Assembly: GCA_002011075.2 (NCBI GenBank) | Contig: MTMA02000006.1 | Span: 411,529-475,528, forward strand | Direction: 5' to 3' | Source of the DNA: Candidatus Scotarchaeum otlingeri | GTDB taxonomy: Archaea; Thermoproteota; Nitrososphaeria; Geothermarchaeales; JDFR-13 | Length of the DNA: 64,000 nt | Part shown: positions 19,671-29,612 of the stretch, one piece after another | Position numbering within the stretch: position 1 is the first letter of the stretch | Layout: each line of letters opens with the position of its first letter | Notes under the pieces: generated by a model | Told to the model about the DNA's origin: nothing | What the model saw: only the letters and a program-made list of their open reading frames with translations | Database searches by the model: none | Translations under genes and position numbers: made by a program

Positions 19671-22600
19671 ATGGATATGAGCGGTGGAACCGTCTTAGGT
19701 ATATATAGAAAGGCCTGTGTGAATTGTGGGGGAGAAGTAGATGACTATAGATTATATAACGGATTACCATGTAGGCGATGTATTCCATATGAGGAAATAG
19801 ATATAACCACTCCACATATAGATGAAGATATTATATACTCATACCTCAAAGATAGAGGGTTATTAAAAGGCTATAGATACATCTATAGCATTAGAAAAGA
19901 ACTTAGGGAATTGGAGGGTTTTTTTCACAAAGCTACTGGCAGCCGGCTTTGGAGCGCACAGAGAACATGGAGTATCAGGGTATTCAAAGGCGATAGTTTC
20001 TCTATAGTTTCACCTACAGGCACTGGAAAAACTCTTTTTGGCGTTATTATGGCCATATTTCTTACGAGAAAGAAGGGTAAAAGGGCTTATATAGTTGTCC
20101 CGACTACACAGTTAGTCCAGCATGTCTACGAACGTATCACTGACATAATTAATTCTATAGGTATCAATAGAAAAATATTATATTATCACACTGGAATGTC
20201 ACGCAAAGATAAGCATAGCTTCACAAAGAAACTATCCGACGGAGAATTCGATATACTAATAACTACATCCACTTTTCTATCAAGGAAGTTTGAATTACTG
20301 GACGGCCTGACTATGGATTTCCTATTCGTAGACGATGTTGACGCCGTCCTTAAGAGCAGCAAAAATATAGATAGATTACTACTATTGATGGGCTATTCAC
20401 CGGCTACCGTCATGAAGGCGCTCGATGTAATTAGGCTTAAACGCCGGCTGGCTAGAACCAAAGATGAGAAGGAGAAGAATAGAATGATCATGGAAATTAA
20501 CAGATTAAATAAATCTATAGCCAAAGAGAAAAAGAAGTTGCGTTCCGTACTGATAGTCTCAAGTGCAACTGGAAGGCCTAAAGGACTTAGAGTAAGGTTA
20601 TTCAGAGAATTACTTGATTTCGAGGTAGGGACGAGAACGGAATCGATCAGGAATATAATAGATACATATCTATACATAAGGGGGGATATGGCTGAAGCAG
20701 CCTATAATTTAATAAAAAAATTAGGTAGAGGTGGACTTATCTTTATCCCTGTAGATAAAGGAGTGAAATATGCCGATTATCTAGATGAATATCTCAAATC
20801 GAGAGGCATTAGATCCGCTGTCCTGGTATCTGGTAGATCTGGTTCTCTACAGAAATTTATCAACGGCGATGTAGACGTTCTAATAGGCATGGCGGTATAC
20901 TATGGAATATTAGTTAGGGGCCTAGACCTCCCGGAGAGGGTTAGATATGCACTTTTCTTAGGGATACCTAGATTTAAATTTACAACTAAATTTGAGGATC
21001 CTAATCCAAGTATGATACTTAGGGCTTTAACACTTTTATACTCTGTAATCGAGGATGAAAAAAAGAGGAGAGAAATAGAAAAATATATAAATAGGGTTCG
21101 GAGGCTAGTCTTAGAAGCTTCATACCAAACTCTAGCAAATATAAGAGAAAAATTATTGAGGGGGGAGCCGCCCAGGACATTTAATGAGGAACTAGTATAT
21201 AATGCGTTTAGGTTTATCAGGAACGAGTTGGGGGACCCTGTCATCCTTGATGCATTGAAAAAGCATCCCGAGATCAGTGTTAGGGAAGAAGATGATAAGG
21301 TATATCTAATGATTCCGGATATAATGTCATATGTTCAGGCAAGTGGGCGTACAAGTAGAATGTATGTAGGTGGGTTAACTAGGGGGCTATCTATAGTATT
21401 GGTGGATGATGAAAAGCTTTTGAGGGGATTGATGAAGAGGAGCAGATGGATAATAGAGGATATAGAGTGGAGAGACTTTGAGGATGTAGATGTTAAAAGA
21501 GTTATTTCTGAGATAGATAGGGATAGAGAGCAGATAAGGCTGCTGCGTCTCGGTAAACTAGATAAAGAGTTTAGAGACCCTATTAGAACAATATTATTCG
21601 TTGTTGAATCGCCGAATAAAGCCAGGACGATATCGTCATTCTTCGGTAAACCAAGTATCAGGAGAAAAGGGAAGTATAGAGTATATGAGGTTTCAACGGG
21701 AGATAAAATATTAATTATAGCTGCCAGTGGTGGGCATGTATATGATATAATCACTGATTATAGATATGAAAAAAGAGAAAACATATATGGTGTTCTGAAG
21801 TCAGACGGATACTTTACCCCTATCTATACTTCTATAAAGAGGTGTCCAAGGACAGGATATCAATTTACGAGTGATGACCCTGGAGATTTGAATAGGTATT
21901 GTCCAGATGGAAATATTATCGATAAATTTGATATCGTTAGATTTCTACAGGATATCGCTGTCGAAGTCGATAAGGTAATAATAGGTACAGATCCCGATTC
22001 GGAGGGCGAGAAGATAGGATGGGATATTGCTGTTTTACTGAGGCCCTATACTAAACATATAGATAGAATAGAGTTTCATGAGGTGACTAAGAAAGCCATA
22101 TTGACTGCGCTTGATAACCCCAGAGAATTCAATAGAAACTTGATAGAAGCCCAACTGGTTAGGAGGATAGAGGATAGATGGATAGGCTTTGCATTATCAG
22201 AATGGCTTACGAGAGAGATGGATTCGGATAGAGCTCTATCAGCGGGGAGGGTCCAGACCCCGGTGCTGGGTTGGATTATAGAGAGATGGCGTGAATGGGG
22301 AAACCCCGAGAATAAAAGGAGATTCTATAGTATAACCCTTGAAAACGGCGTGAAACTGGATTATACAGAAGATGAAATACCTAGTAGATATTCATCGCCC
22401 GAGCTCTTGAAGAATATTAAGCTATCGATTCTGGAGAAAGAAGATTTATTTGAGGCTAGTAATCCTCCTCCACCTTATATCACGGCGACTATGATCGAGG
22501 ATGCTACCGCTGTATTAAACATAGGGGCCGATTCTATTATGAAGATTGCTCAGGAATTATTCGAGATGGGCTTAATAACATATCACCGAACAGATAGCAC

Positions 22601-23366
22601 TAGAGTATCAAGTTATGGACAATATTTGGCCAAAGAATATATAGAAAATATGTGGCCAGATGAGGCTGATAAGCTGTATGTCGGTAGGTCATGGGGAGAG
22701 GGCGGAGCACATGAATGTATTAGGCCCACCCGCCCTGTAGATACAGATACTATTTGGAATATGATTATGGAGGGGTCGATGGTAACAATTAGACCGTTCA
22801 CCAAAATACACGCCCGTCTATATGACCTCATATTTAAGAGATTTATAGCGAGTCAGATGGCGCCGGCTAAGATTAGGCGTCAAAGATTATTATTGGAATT
22901 TGATGGCAGTAGGAGGGAAGTGGTATTTACTACAGAAGTTGATTTTGAGGGGTTCCTAAGGTTATATCCGGGGTACATCAAGAAATATGATAGTGTCAAT
23001 ACAGATATTATAGGGGTAAAGGATGTATATACCTATGTAAAGCCTATGAAGCCGCTTTATAAGCAGAGCGATCTTATTAGGCTTATGAGGGAACGAGGTA
23101 TAGGTAGACCATCAACATACTCTAAGATTATAGAGGTTTTACTTAGGAGAGGATATGTAATTGAGACCAAGAAAAATAAGTATTTATATCCTACGAAGGG
23201 AGGAATTAGGGTATATAACATTCTGAAGGAATACTTCGGTGAGATGGTCTCTGAAGAGACGACTAGAGAGCTTGAGAAGATTATGGATGCCATTGAGAGG
23301 GGAACTGCGGGATACCAAGAGTTCCTATCAGAATTATACCGTGAAATTATTAGAATAAATATCTAG
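19671..23366 (+). CDS. rgy: Reverse gyrase
   Basis: 1231 aa. N-terminal zinc finger 'CVNCGG...CRRC', SF2 helicase Walker A 'SPTGTGKT' and motif II 'VDDVD', then a topoisomerase IA module: TOPRIM 'VVESPNKA' and 'DPDSEGE', catalytic Tyr region 'GLITYHRTDSTR'. Confidence 0.95.
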   Translation: MDMSGGTVLGIYRKACVNCGGEVDDYRLYNGLPCRRCIPYEEIDITTPHIDEDIIYSYLKDRGLLKGYRYIYSIRKELRELEGFFHKATGSRLWSAQRTWSIRVFKGDSFSIVSPTGTGKTLFGVIMAIFLTRKKGKRAYIVVPTTQLVQHVYERITDIINSIGINRKILYYHTGMSRKDKHSFTKKLSDGEFDILITTSTFLSRKFELLDGLTMDFLFVDDVDAVLKSSKNIDRLLLLMGYSPATVMKALDVIRLKRRLARTKDEKEKNRMIMEINRLNKSIAKEKKKLRSVLIVSSATGRPKGLRVRLFRELLDFEVGTRTESIRNIIDTYLYIRGDMAEAAYNLIKKLGRGGLIFIPVDKGVKYADYLDEYLKSRGIRSAVLVSGRSGSLQKFINGDVDVLIGMAVYYGILVRGLDLPERVRYALFLGIPRFKFTTKFEDPNPSMILRALTLLYSVIEDEKKRREIEKYINRVRRLVLEASYQTLANIREKLLRGEPPRTFNEELVYNAFRFIRNELGDPVILDALKKHPEISVREEDDKVYLMIPDIMSYVQASGRTSRMYVGGLTRGLSIVLVDDEKLLRGLMKRSRWIIEDIEWRDFEDVDVKRVISEIDRDREQIRLLRLGKLDKEFRDPIRTILFVVESPNKARTISSFFGKPSIRRKGKYRVYEVSTGDKILIIAASGGHVYDIITDYRYEKRENIYGVLKSDGYFTPIYTSIKRCPRTGYQFTSDDPGDLNRYCPDGNIIDKFDIVRFLQDIAVEVDKVIIGTDPDSEGEKIGWDIAVLLRPYTKHIDRIEFHEVTKKAILTALDNPREFNRNLIEAQLVRRIEDRWIGFALSEWLTREMDSDRALSAGRVQTPVLGWIIERWREWGNPENKRRFYSITLENGVKLDYTEDEIPSRYSSPELLKNIKLSILEKEDLFEASNPPPPYITATMIEDATAVLNIGADSIMKIAQELFEMGLITYHRTDSTRVSSYGQYLAKEYIENMWPDEADKLYVGRSWGEGGAHECIRPTRPVDTDTIWNMIMEGSMVTIRPFTKIHARLYDLIFKRFIASQMAPAKIRRQRLLLEFDGSRREVVFTTEVDFEGFLRLYPGYIKKYDSVNTDIIGVKDVYTYVKPMKPLYKQSDLIRLMRERGIGRPSTYSKIIEVLLRRGYVIETKKNKYLYPTKGGIRVYNILKEYFGEMVSEETTRELEKIMDAIERGTAGYQEFLSELYREIIRINI

Positions 23367-23471
23367 TTTCTAAGATGTTTATATCTTTTGTATCATGTAT
23401 ACATTGTAATAAAGGTTTAATCTAAATAATATTTGTCATTAGGGGATATCATAATATAGGTTGAGTATATT

Positions 23472-23708
23472 ATGTGCCTAGGATATCCGGGTAAGATAAT
23501 AGATATCAAGGATCACTTTGCAAAGGTCGATTTCGGTGACGGTGTAGTTAGAGATAATATTATCATTGCTTTGGTGGATGCAAAGGTAGGAGATTATGTT
23601 ATTGTACATGCGGGTTATGCTATACAGGTAATGGATGAGAAGGAGGCTATGGAGACGATTAAGTTATGGAAGGAGTATCTCGAGTTTGTCGATAAGGAGG
23701 TAAAATAG
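23472..23708 (+). CDS. hypC: Hydrogenase maturation protein HypC
   Basis: 78 aa starting 'MCLGYPGKI' with the essential Cys2, and 'GDYVIVHAGYAI'. Confidence 0.9.
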   Translation: MCLGYPGKIIDIKDHFAKVDFGDGVVRDNIIIALVDAKVGDYVIVHAGYAIQVMDEKEAMETIKLWKEYLEFVDKEVK

Positions 23709-23709
23709 G

Positions 23710-24837
23710 ATGTCTGAGATAGATATTAAAGACATTTTAAGGCTTTATAGAGATCCTAAGATTGCCCGTAGACTCGCGTTTAAAATCCGAGATATAGCCA
23801 AGGATTTGGAGGATGTACTAATTATGCATGTGTGTGGTACGCATGAATGGACGATAACCCACTACGGGATAAGAAGCCTTTTGCCTGATAATGTAGAGCT
23901 AAGGGCCGGTCCAGGATGTCCGGTATGTATAACTCCTGCTAGCGATATAGATAATATTATTAAGCTTGGTATGGAGGGTGTCGTCGTAACTGTTTATGGC
24001 GATATGTCCCGTGCTAAAGGGGGTAAAGGGATGTCTCTAGAGGAGGCGAGGAGTAGAGGTGCTGATATAAGGATAGTCTATGGGATACAAGATGCATTTA
24101 TGATGGCTCAACGCGATCCAAACCATAAATATGTTTTTTTCGGAGTCGGATTTGATACTACGGCTCCAGCGACAGCCTATATGGTTAAGAAAGGGGTTCC
24201 AGATAATTTATCTATTTTAAGTAGCTATAGATATGTTCCTCCTGCTGTGGGCGCGTTGATGATGGCGCCCGATTTAGCTGTAGATGGTATAATAAACCCG
24301 GGGCATTCAAGTACTGTAACAGGTATGAAACCATATAAAGAATATTTTGATAGGAATAAGAAGCCTATGGTTTTTGCAGGTTTTGAGCCTATTGATGTAT
24401 TGCTCGCTATTTACATGATTCTAAAACAGATAGAAACCAAGGAGTATAAAATGGAAAATGAATACACTAGATCTGTTACTTGGGATGGTAATGTTAAAGC
24501 TATGGAGACGCTTCTCGAGGTCTTCCTGCTTTCAGAGGGGTATTGGAGAGGCTTTGGAGTAGTCGATAAATCTGGATTTGTCTTCCGGAATACCCATAAA
24601 TATGTGGATGCTAGATACATATATGGCTTATCAGAGCCTAGGGATAAAGAAGATTTTGTGGCTGGAGCTAGATGTGCAGATGTTATTAAAGGTAAGATAG
24701 ATCCTGTGGAATGCCCCCTCTATATGAAGGAATGTACGCCTAACTATCCCCGGGGGCCGCCTATGGTCTCTATTGAGGGTACATGCAAGATTTGGGCGGA
24801 CCATAAGGTTACTGGAATTATTAAATGTAGGTTCTAA
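23710..24837 (+). CDS. hypD: Hydrogenase maturation protein HypD
   Basis: 'MHVCGTHE', 'GPGCPVCITP', 'FFGVGFDTTAP', 'PGH'. Starts 2 nt after the hypC stop. Confidence 0.9.
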   Translation: MSEIDIKDILRLYRDPKIARRLAFKIRDIAKDLEDVLIMHVCGTHEWTITHYGIRSLLPDNVELRAGPGCPVCITPASDIDNIIKLGMEGVVVTVYGDMSRAKGGKGMSLEEARSRGADIRIVYGIQDAFMMAQRDPNHKYVFFGVGFDTTAPATAYMVKKGVPDNLSILSSYRYVPPAVGALMMAPDLAVDGIINPGHSSTVTGMKPYKEYFDRNKKPMVFAGFEPIDVLLAIYMILKQIETKEYKMENEYTRSVTWDGNVKAMETLLEVFLLSEGYWRGFGVVDKSGFVFRNTHKYVDARYIYGLSEPRDKEDFVAGARCADVIKGKIDPVECPLYMKECTPNYPRGPPMVSIEGTCKIWADHKVTGIIKCRF

Positions 24838-24858
24838 GGATATGGGGGGTGATGATAT

Positions 24859-25911
24859 ATGACGGATGTAGTTAAAATGGTTCATGGGGCTGGCGGTCAA
24901 GCGATGCAGAGCTTCATAAAAGAATATATCCTAAGGCATTTAGGTTGGGGAACCGGTGAAATACCCTTATCCTCACTCGATGATTCTGGAGCAATAGATG
25001 GTGTGGTGCTTAAGAGTGATTCATATACGGTTAAACCATTATTCTTTCCAGGTGGAGATATCGGTAGTTTGGCAGTAGCGGGGACAATCAATGATATACT
25101 TATGATTGGAGGTAGACCCATAGCATTAGCACTGGGGTTAATAATAGAAGAAGGATTCCCATTTAGTGATTTAGATAGGATATTAAAGAGTATTTCTAAT
25201 ACCGCTATGAAAGTAGGTGTACCAGTGATTACGGGAGATACAAAAGTTGTCGAAAAGGGTGCATTGGAGAACCTTGTTTTGAATATGTCAGGCCTCGGCG
25301 TCAGACACCCATATCTGGATCATAATCTGGAGGTAGTGAAGAAATATAGGGATGGATTTGATGAAAAATGGCTTTTGGACTCAAATATCAAACCAGGAGA
25401 TAAGATAATAATTACCGGGTATATCGGTGATCACGCTATTGCATTACTATCAGTGAGGGAAGGTGTCAATTTTGAGGCCGATATCAAATCAGACGCCGCC
25501 CCATTAAATGGCTTGGTAGAGGCGGCATTAAAGATGGGAGGTGTAGTTGCAATGAAAGATCCTACGAGAGGAGGTTTAGCGAACCTTCTCAATGAATGGA
25601 GTGAGAAGTCTGGAGTAGGGATCAAGATATATGAGGAATGTATACCAATAAGGGATAGCGTGAGAAATGTATGTGAATATCTTGGTTTAGATCCGCTTGA
25701 ATTAGGTAATGAAGGTAAAGCGGCAATTGCGGTAATACCTGAATTAGCGGATAAGGTTTTGGAAGCTATTAGACAGAATCCACTGGGTAAAGATGCAGAG
25801 ATCATCGGTGAAGCGACCGATGAATATGACTTTGTGATTATGGAGACCGTTATAGGTGGTTTGAGGGCGGTTCCACCGCCAATAGGAGACCCTATTCCAC
25901 GGATATGTTGA
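24859..25911 (+). CDS. hypE: Hydrogenase maturation protein HypE
   Basis: PurM-like fold ('HGAGG', 'DDSGAI', 'MKDPTRGGLA') and the C-terminal 'PRIC' cysteine tail typical of HypE. Confidence 0.9.
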   Translation: MTDVVKMVHGAGGQAMQSFIKEYILRHLGWGTGEIPLSSLDDSGAIDGVVLKSDSYTVKPLFFPGGDIGSLAVAGTINDILMIGGRPIALALGLIIEEGFPFSDLDRILKSISNTAMKVGVPVITGDTKVVEKGALENLVLNMSGLGVRHPYLDHNLEVVKKYRDGFDEKWLLDSNIKPGDKIIITGYIGDHAIALLSVREGVNFEADIKSDAAPLNGLVEAALKMGGVVAMKDPTRGGLANLLNEWSEKSGVGIKIYEECIPIRDSVRNVCEYLGLDPLELGNEGKAAIAVIPELADKVLEAIRQNPLGKDAEIIGEATDEYDFVIMETVIGGLRAVPPPIGDPIPRIC

Positions 25912-25925
25912 GGTAGGGATTAGGC

Positions 25926-26147
25926 TTGTCTATCGATAAGTTTGAGATGGGAGCGGTGGGACGTGTCATTTCAGTTATTGGGGAGCATGTCATTGTAGAT
26001 ATCGGCGATGCCAAGGTTAAGGTGTTATCTCCCTTTGTAGAGGTTAAGGAGGGTGATTTAGTTATTGTTCATAGGGGCTTTATCCTCAATGTTATTAGAG
26101 ATGAGGATGTTATCGATGGCATTAAGAAGCTAGAGGGAGATATATGA
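25926..26147 (+). CDS. HypC-like OB-fold protein lacking the N-terminal cysteine
   Basis: 73 aa (TTG start as listed, internal Met at codon 8 gives 'MGAVGRVISV'). Collinear with HypC ('GDLVIVHRGFILNVI' vs 'GDYVIVHAGYAIQVM'), but Cys2 is replaced by Gly. The stop overlaps the hypF start by 4 nt. Confidence 0.55.
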   Translation: MSIDKFEMGAVGRVISVIGEHVIVDIGDAKVKVLSPFVEVKEGDLVIVHRGFILNVIRDEDVIDGIKKLEGDI

Positions 26148-28441
26148 ATCTGGCGCTTGAGATTCTTGTCTCAGGCATAGTACAAGGGGTTGGCTTTAGA
26201 CCTTTCATAAAAAGGATAGCGGTGAAGTCAGGGGTCGAGGGATATGTCCAGAATTTAGGTGGCGGTGAGGTCATTATATATGTTGAGGGATATAGAGATA
26301 AAGTAATTAGATTTCTTAAATTATTTAGAGAAGAGAGGCCTCCCCCATCTGAAATAATTCATATGAAGGTGGAGAAAGTACGGGCGAAGGGTATAAAAGG
26401 TTTTACCATTTTGAAGAGCAGAAAGAATTTGTTGCTGCCTTCAATTATACCTCCCGATATAGCGATATGCCCAGAGTGTATAGATGAGATAGAAGGACCT
26501 TCTAGGTGGCGATATTATCCATTCAACTCATGTGCATGGTGTGGACCTAGATTTAGCATGATGTATAGATCCCCCTACGACAGAGAAAATACCAGTATGA
26601 ATATTTTCGATTTATGTAAAGACTGTCTAGATGAATATAGAGATGTAAATAATATACGACGGTTCCACGCCCAAGGCATAAGCTGCCCCATATGTGGACC
26701 AAGAATATGGTTAACAGATAATAAAGGTGTAGAAATAGATAGTAAAGACCCTATATCCAGCGCTGCGAGGTTATTGGATGAAGGATATATTATCGGGATA
26801 AAGGGAATAGGCGGATTCCATATAGCTACATTGGCCAATGATGACGATGTGCTGCAGGAATTGAGGCGTCGCAAACGTAGACCCATGAAGCCCTTTGCAC
26901 TTATGGCTCTTGACATCACATCCGTAAAGAAAATAGCCCATTTAAATGAGAATGCTGTCTCATTACTATTATCGCCTCAGAGGCCTATTGTTCTTCTACC
27001 AAGAAGGGATGATACCGATCTCTCCAGATATATCGCTCCGGGCCTCGACTTTATAGGCGTCATGCTACCTTACAGCGGAATACATCACCTATTTCTTAAG
27101 GCAACTAGAGAAAGCTATGTTATCATGACAAGTGGTAATTATTATAATAAACCGATGGAGAAGGACAATAGTTCAGCGTTGAAAAGACTCGGTGGTATAG
27201 TCGACTATTTCCTTTTACATAATAGAGAGATCGTGAATAGAGTCGATGATAGTGTAATTAGATTTACCCTCGATAACCCTGTATTTTTGAGGCGTGGAAG
27301 GGGCTATGCACCCCGCTGGATAAAGCTTCCACATAAACTCAATAAAAATATAATTGCCTTTGGAGCAGATCTACAGGATGCAGGGGGAATCGGCTTTAAT
27401 GATAAGGTAATCCTCACCCAGTTCATAGGTGATATTGATGAATACGAGAATCTTATGGAATTGGATAAATATTTGAAATGGTTCATAAATACTTACAATA
27501 TCGATCTAAATGAGAGCATTATTGTAGCAGATAAAAATCCTGCTTATCACTCTAGGTTTCTAGCGCTTAAATGGAAAGACGAATTGGACATACCATATTA
27601 TGAGGTACAGCATCATGTCGCACATGCATATGCAGTTCTAGCGGAATATGGTAAGCTGGAGGGTATCGTTATAGCGATGGATGGAGCTGGATATGGAGAT
27701 GATGGCCAGATTTGGGGCGGTGAAGTACTACATATCTACCATGACGGTTCCTATAAACGTATAGGTCATATTGAGTATAATAAGATGCCTGGAGGTGACC
27801 TAGCCACATACTATCCAGTTAGGATGCTATTATCAGTATTATCTAACTCATTAGGGCTTGAAAAGGCATTATCATATATACATGAAAACGGGATTTCCAA
27901 ACATTTCAGAGATGACAAGGATATTGAGGCGACCGTTTATCAAATAAAGCGTGGCACCCTATATACATCAAGCACAGGCAGGATACTTGATTCCGTATCT
28001 GTACTCCTAGATGTATGTGGATATAGATCCTATGAGGGTGAGCCCGCAATGAAACTTGAGGCCGTTGGCCATCAAGGGAATTTAATAGAGGATACCGAAT
28101 GCAAAATCTCTAATGCCAATGGCATGAAGATACTTTTAGCTTCAAAACTAATCTATGAATTACTAGAGTATGTAGCTACTAAAAGAGAAGATGTAGCCTA
28201 TACAGTCCAGTATAACATAGGGTATGGATTGGGGTCAATAGCTGCCGAAGCAGCGGATAAGGCAGGCTATAGATACATATATGTTACGGGAGGCGCAGCT
28301 GTCAATGATATCATAGCGTTAGGCATAAAAGAAGTTCTAAAAGAATATAACCTCTCTCTCCGGATGCACAGGTACACTCCACCTGGAGATGGATGCATAG
28401 CATTAGGGCAGATTTATTCTCGAATTTACCATCAGGCATAA
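26144..28441 (+). CDS. hypF: Carbamoyltransferase HypF
   Basis: 765 aa. Acylphosphatase-like 'VSGIVQGVGFRPFI', four CxxC zinc-finger motifs ('CPECIDEI', 'CAWCGPRF', 'CKDCLDEY', 'CPICGPR'), a YrdC-like domain 'IKGIGGFHIA' and a Kae1-like C-terminal domain. Confidence 0.95.
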   Translation: MNLALEILVSGIVQGVGFRPFIKRIAVKSGVEGYVQNLGGGEVIIYVEGYRDKVIRFLKLFREERPPPSEIIHMKVEKVRAKGIKGFTILKSRKNLLLPSIIPPDIAICPECIDEIEGPSRWRYYPFNSCAWCGPRFSMMYRSPYDRENTSMNIFDLCKDCLDEYRDVNNIRRFHAQGISCPICGPRIWLTDNKGVEIDSKDPISSAARLLDEGYIIGIKGIGGFHIATLANDDDVLQELRRRKRRPMKPFALMALDITSVKKIAHLNENAVSLLLSPQRPIVLLPRRDDTDLSRYIAPGLDFIGVMLPYSGIHHLFLKATRESYVIMTSGNYYNKPMEKDNSSALKRLGGIVDYFLLHNREIVNRVDDSVIRFTLDNPVFLRRGRGYAPRWIKLPHKLNKNIIAFGADLQDAGGIGFNDKVILTQFIGDIDEYENLMELDKYLKWFINTYNIDLNESIIVADKNPAYHSRFLALKWKDELDIPYYEVQHHVAHAYAVLAEYGKLEGIVIAMDGAGYGDDGQIWGGEVLHIYHDGSYKRIGHIEYNKMPGGDLATYYPVRMLLSVLSNSLGLEKALSYIHENGISKHFRDDKDIEATVYQIKRGTLYTSSTGRILDSVSVLLDVCGYRSYEGEPAMKLEAVGHQGNLIEDTECKISNANGMKILLASKLIYELLEYVATKREDVAYTVQYNIGYGLGSIAAEAADKAGYRYIYVTGGAAVNDIIALGIKEVLKEYNLSLRMHRYTPPGDGCIALGQIYSRIYHQA

Positions 28442-28551
28442 GATATACCTCAGTAGTTGAGATATATAATTAAAAAATATATTCAAAATATAACCCAATC
28501 CAGCCATAATATTATTTTGACTCTTGCCTTACCATGAGGATAGGGGTGTGA

Positions 28552-29232
28552 ATGATGCCAATTAAAGGTGTTATTGAACCAGATGAAGGGGAAATAATGG
28601 ATATTGAGTTGCAAGAAGACTTTCTGAGAAGAAACAGAGAGCTAGCGGATGAAGTCCGGTTATTATTAGATAAGTATGGAGTCACCGCTATTGATGTAAT
28701 GGGTTCGATCGGAGCCGGTAAGACATGTTTGATTGAAGCTATGACCAAACGTCTAAAGGATAAGTATCGCATAGCTATGATTGGTGGTGACGTAGCTACA
28801 ACAATAGACTCAGAAAGGGTTTCTAAACATGGCATTGATGTACTTCAAATTAATACCGGAGCGGAATGTCATTTAGATGCCAACTTAATAATGAAAGCCA
28901 TAAAAGAATTTGATCTTGAAAATATCGATCTACTGTTTATAGAGAATGTCGGGAATCTAATCTGTCCAGCTGATTATCCATTAGGCACCCATAAAAGGAT
29001 AGTGGTTATCAGCATAACTGAAGGACCTTATAGTATAGTTAAGCATCCACTAATATTTAGAGAGGCCTCTATATGTGTGATTAATAAGATAGACTTGTCT
29101 GAGGCTATGGAGGTAGATCCAGAGAAACTCGCTAGCGACGCAATAAAAATAAACCCTGAAATAATAGTAGTAAAAACAAGTTGTAAACAAGATATTGGTA
29201 TAGATGAGTTGATAGCGAAATTAGGTTTATAG
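28552..29232 (+). CDS. hypB: Hydrogenase nickel-incorporation GTPase HypB
   Basis: P-loop 'GSIGAGKT', 'ENVGNLICP', 'INKIDL' (NKxD). The true start may be an internal Met ('MDIELQ'). Confidence 0.85.
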   Translation: MMPIKGVIEPDEGEIMDIELQEDFLRRNRELADEVRLLLDKYGVTAIDVMGSIGAGKTCLIEAMTKRLKDKYRIAMIGGDVATTIDSERVSKHGIDVLQINTGAECHLDANLIMKAIKEFDLENIDLLFIENVGNLICPADYPLGTHKRIVVISITEGPYSIVKHPLIFREASICVINKIDLSEAMEVDPEKLASDAIKINPEIIVVKTSCKQDIGIDELIAKLGL

Positions 29233-29242
29233 GTGACCGTAG

Positions 29243-29611
29243 ATGCATGAAGCTTCTATGACTATGCAGCTGATAGATTACTTAGACAAGGTGGCTCAAG
29301 AAAATAATGCAAAGAAGATACTAGATATATATCTTGAGGTAGGTGAGTTTACCCATCTTAATCCTGACCAGATCCGCTACTTATTCGACATATTGAAAGA
29401 AAGAAATGAGGTTCTCAAAAAATCGAAGCTCCATATCGAGAGAAGGAAAGGAATCGTCAAATGCGATTCATGCGGCTATATAGGTAATATAAATATCGAT
29501 AATGAATATGATTTATATCTACCTGTTTTCTCTTGTCCTAAATGCGGCTCATTAGTAAAGGTAGTCGAAGGAGATGAATTTATAATTAAGAAGATTAGGA
29601 TGATAAAATAA
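29243..29611 (+). CDS. hypA: Hydrogenase nickel-insertion protein HypA
   Basis: Starts 'MHEASM' (MHE nickel site) and has zinc site 'CDSCGY...CPKCGS'. 122 aa, directly after hypB. Confidence 0.85.
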   Translation: MHEASMTMQLIDYLDKVAQENNAKKILDIYLEVGEFTHLNPDQIRYLFDILKERNEVLKKSKLHIERRKGIVKCDSCGYIGNINIDNEYDLYLPVFSCPKCGSLVKVVEGDEFIIKKIRMIK

Positions 29612-29612
29612 T

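Noticed and set aside
20393-21754. Three minus-strand ORFs (94, 114 and 139 aa) inside reverse gyrase
   Set aside because: They are antisense to an uninterrupted 1231-aa gene with all helicase and topoisomerase motifs. The Ser/Leu-rich translations are typical of antisense AT-rich coding DNA.
25431-26919. Minus-strand ORFs of 124 aa (in hypE) and 114 aa (in hypF)
   Set aside because: They are antisense to well-supported hyp genes and show no motifs.
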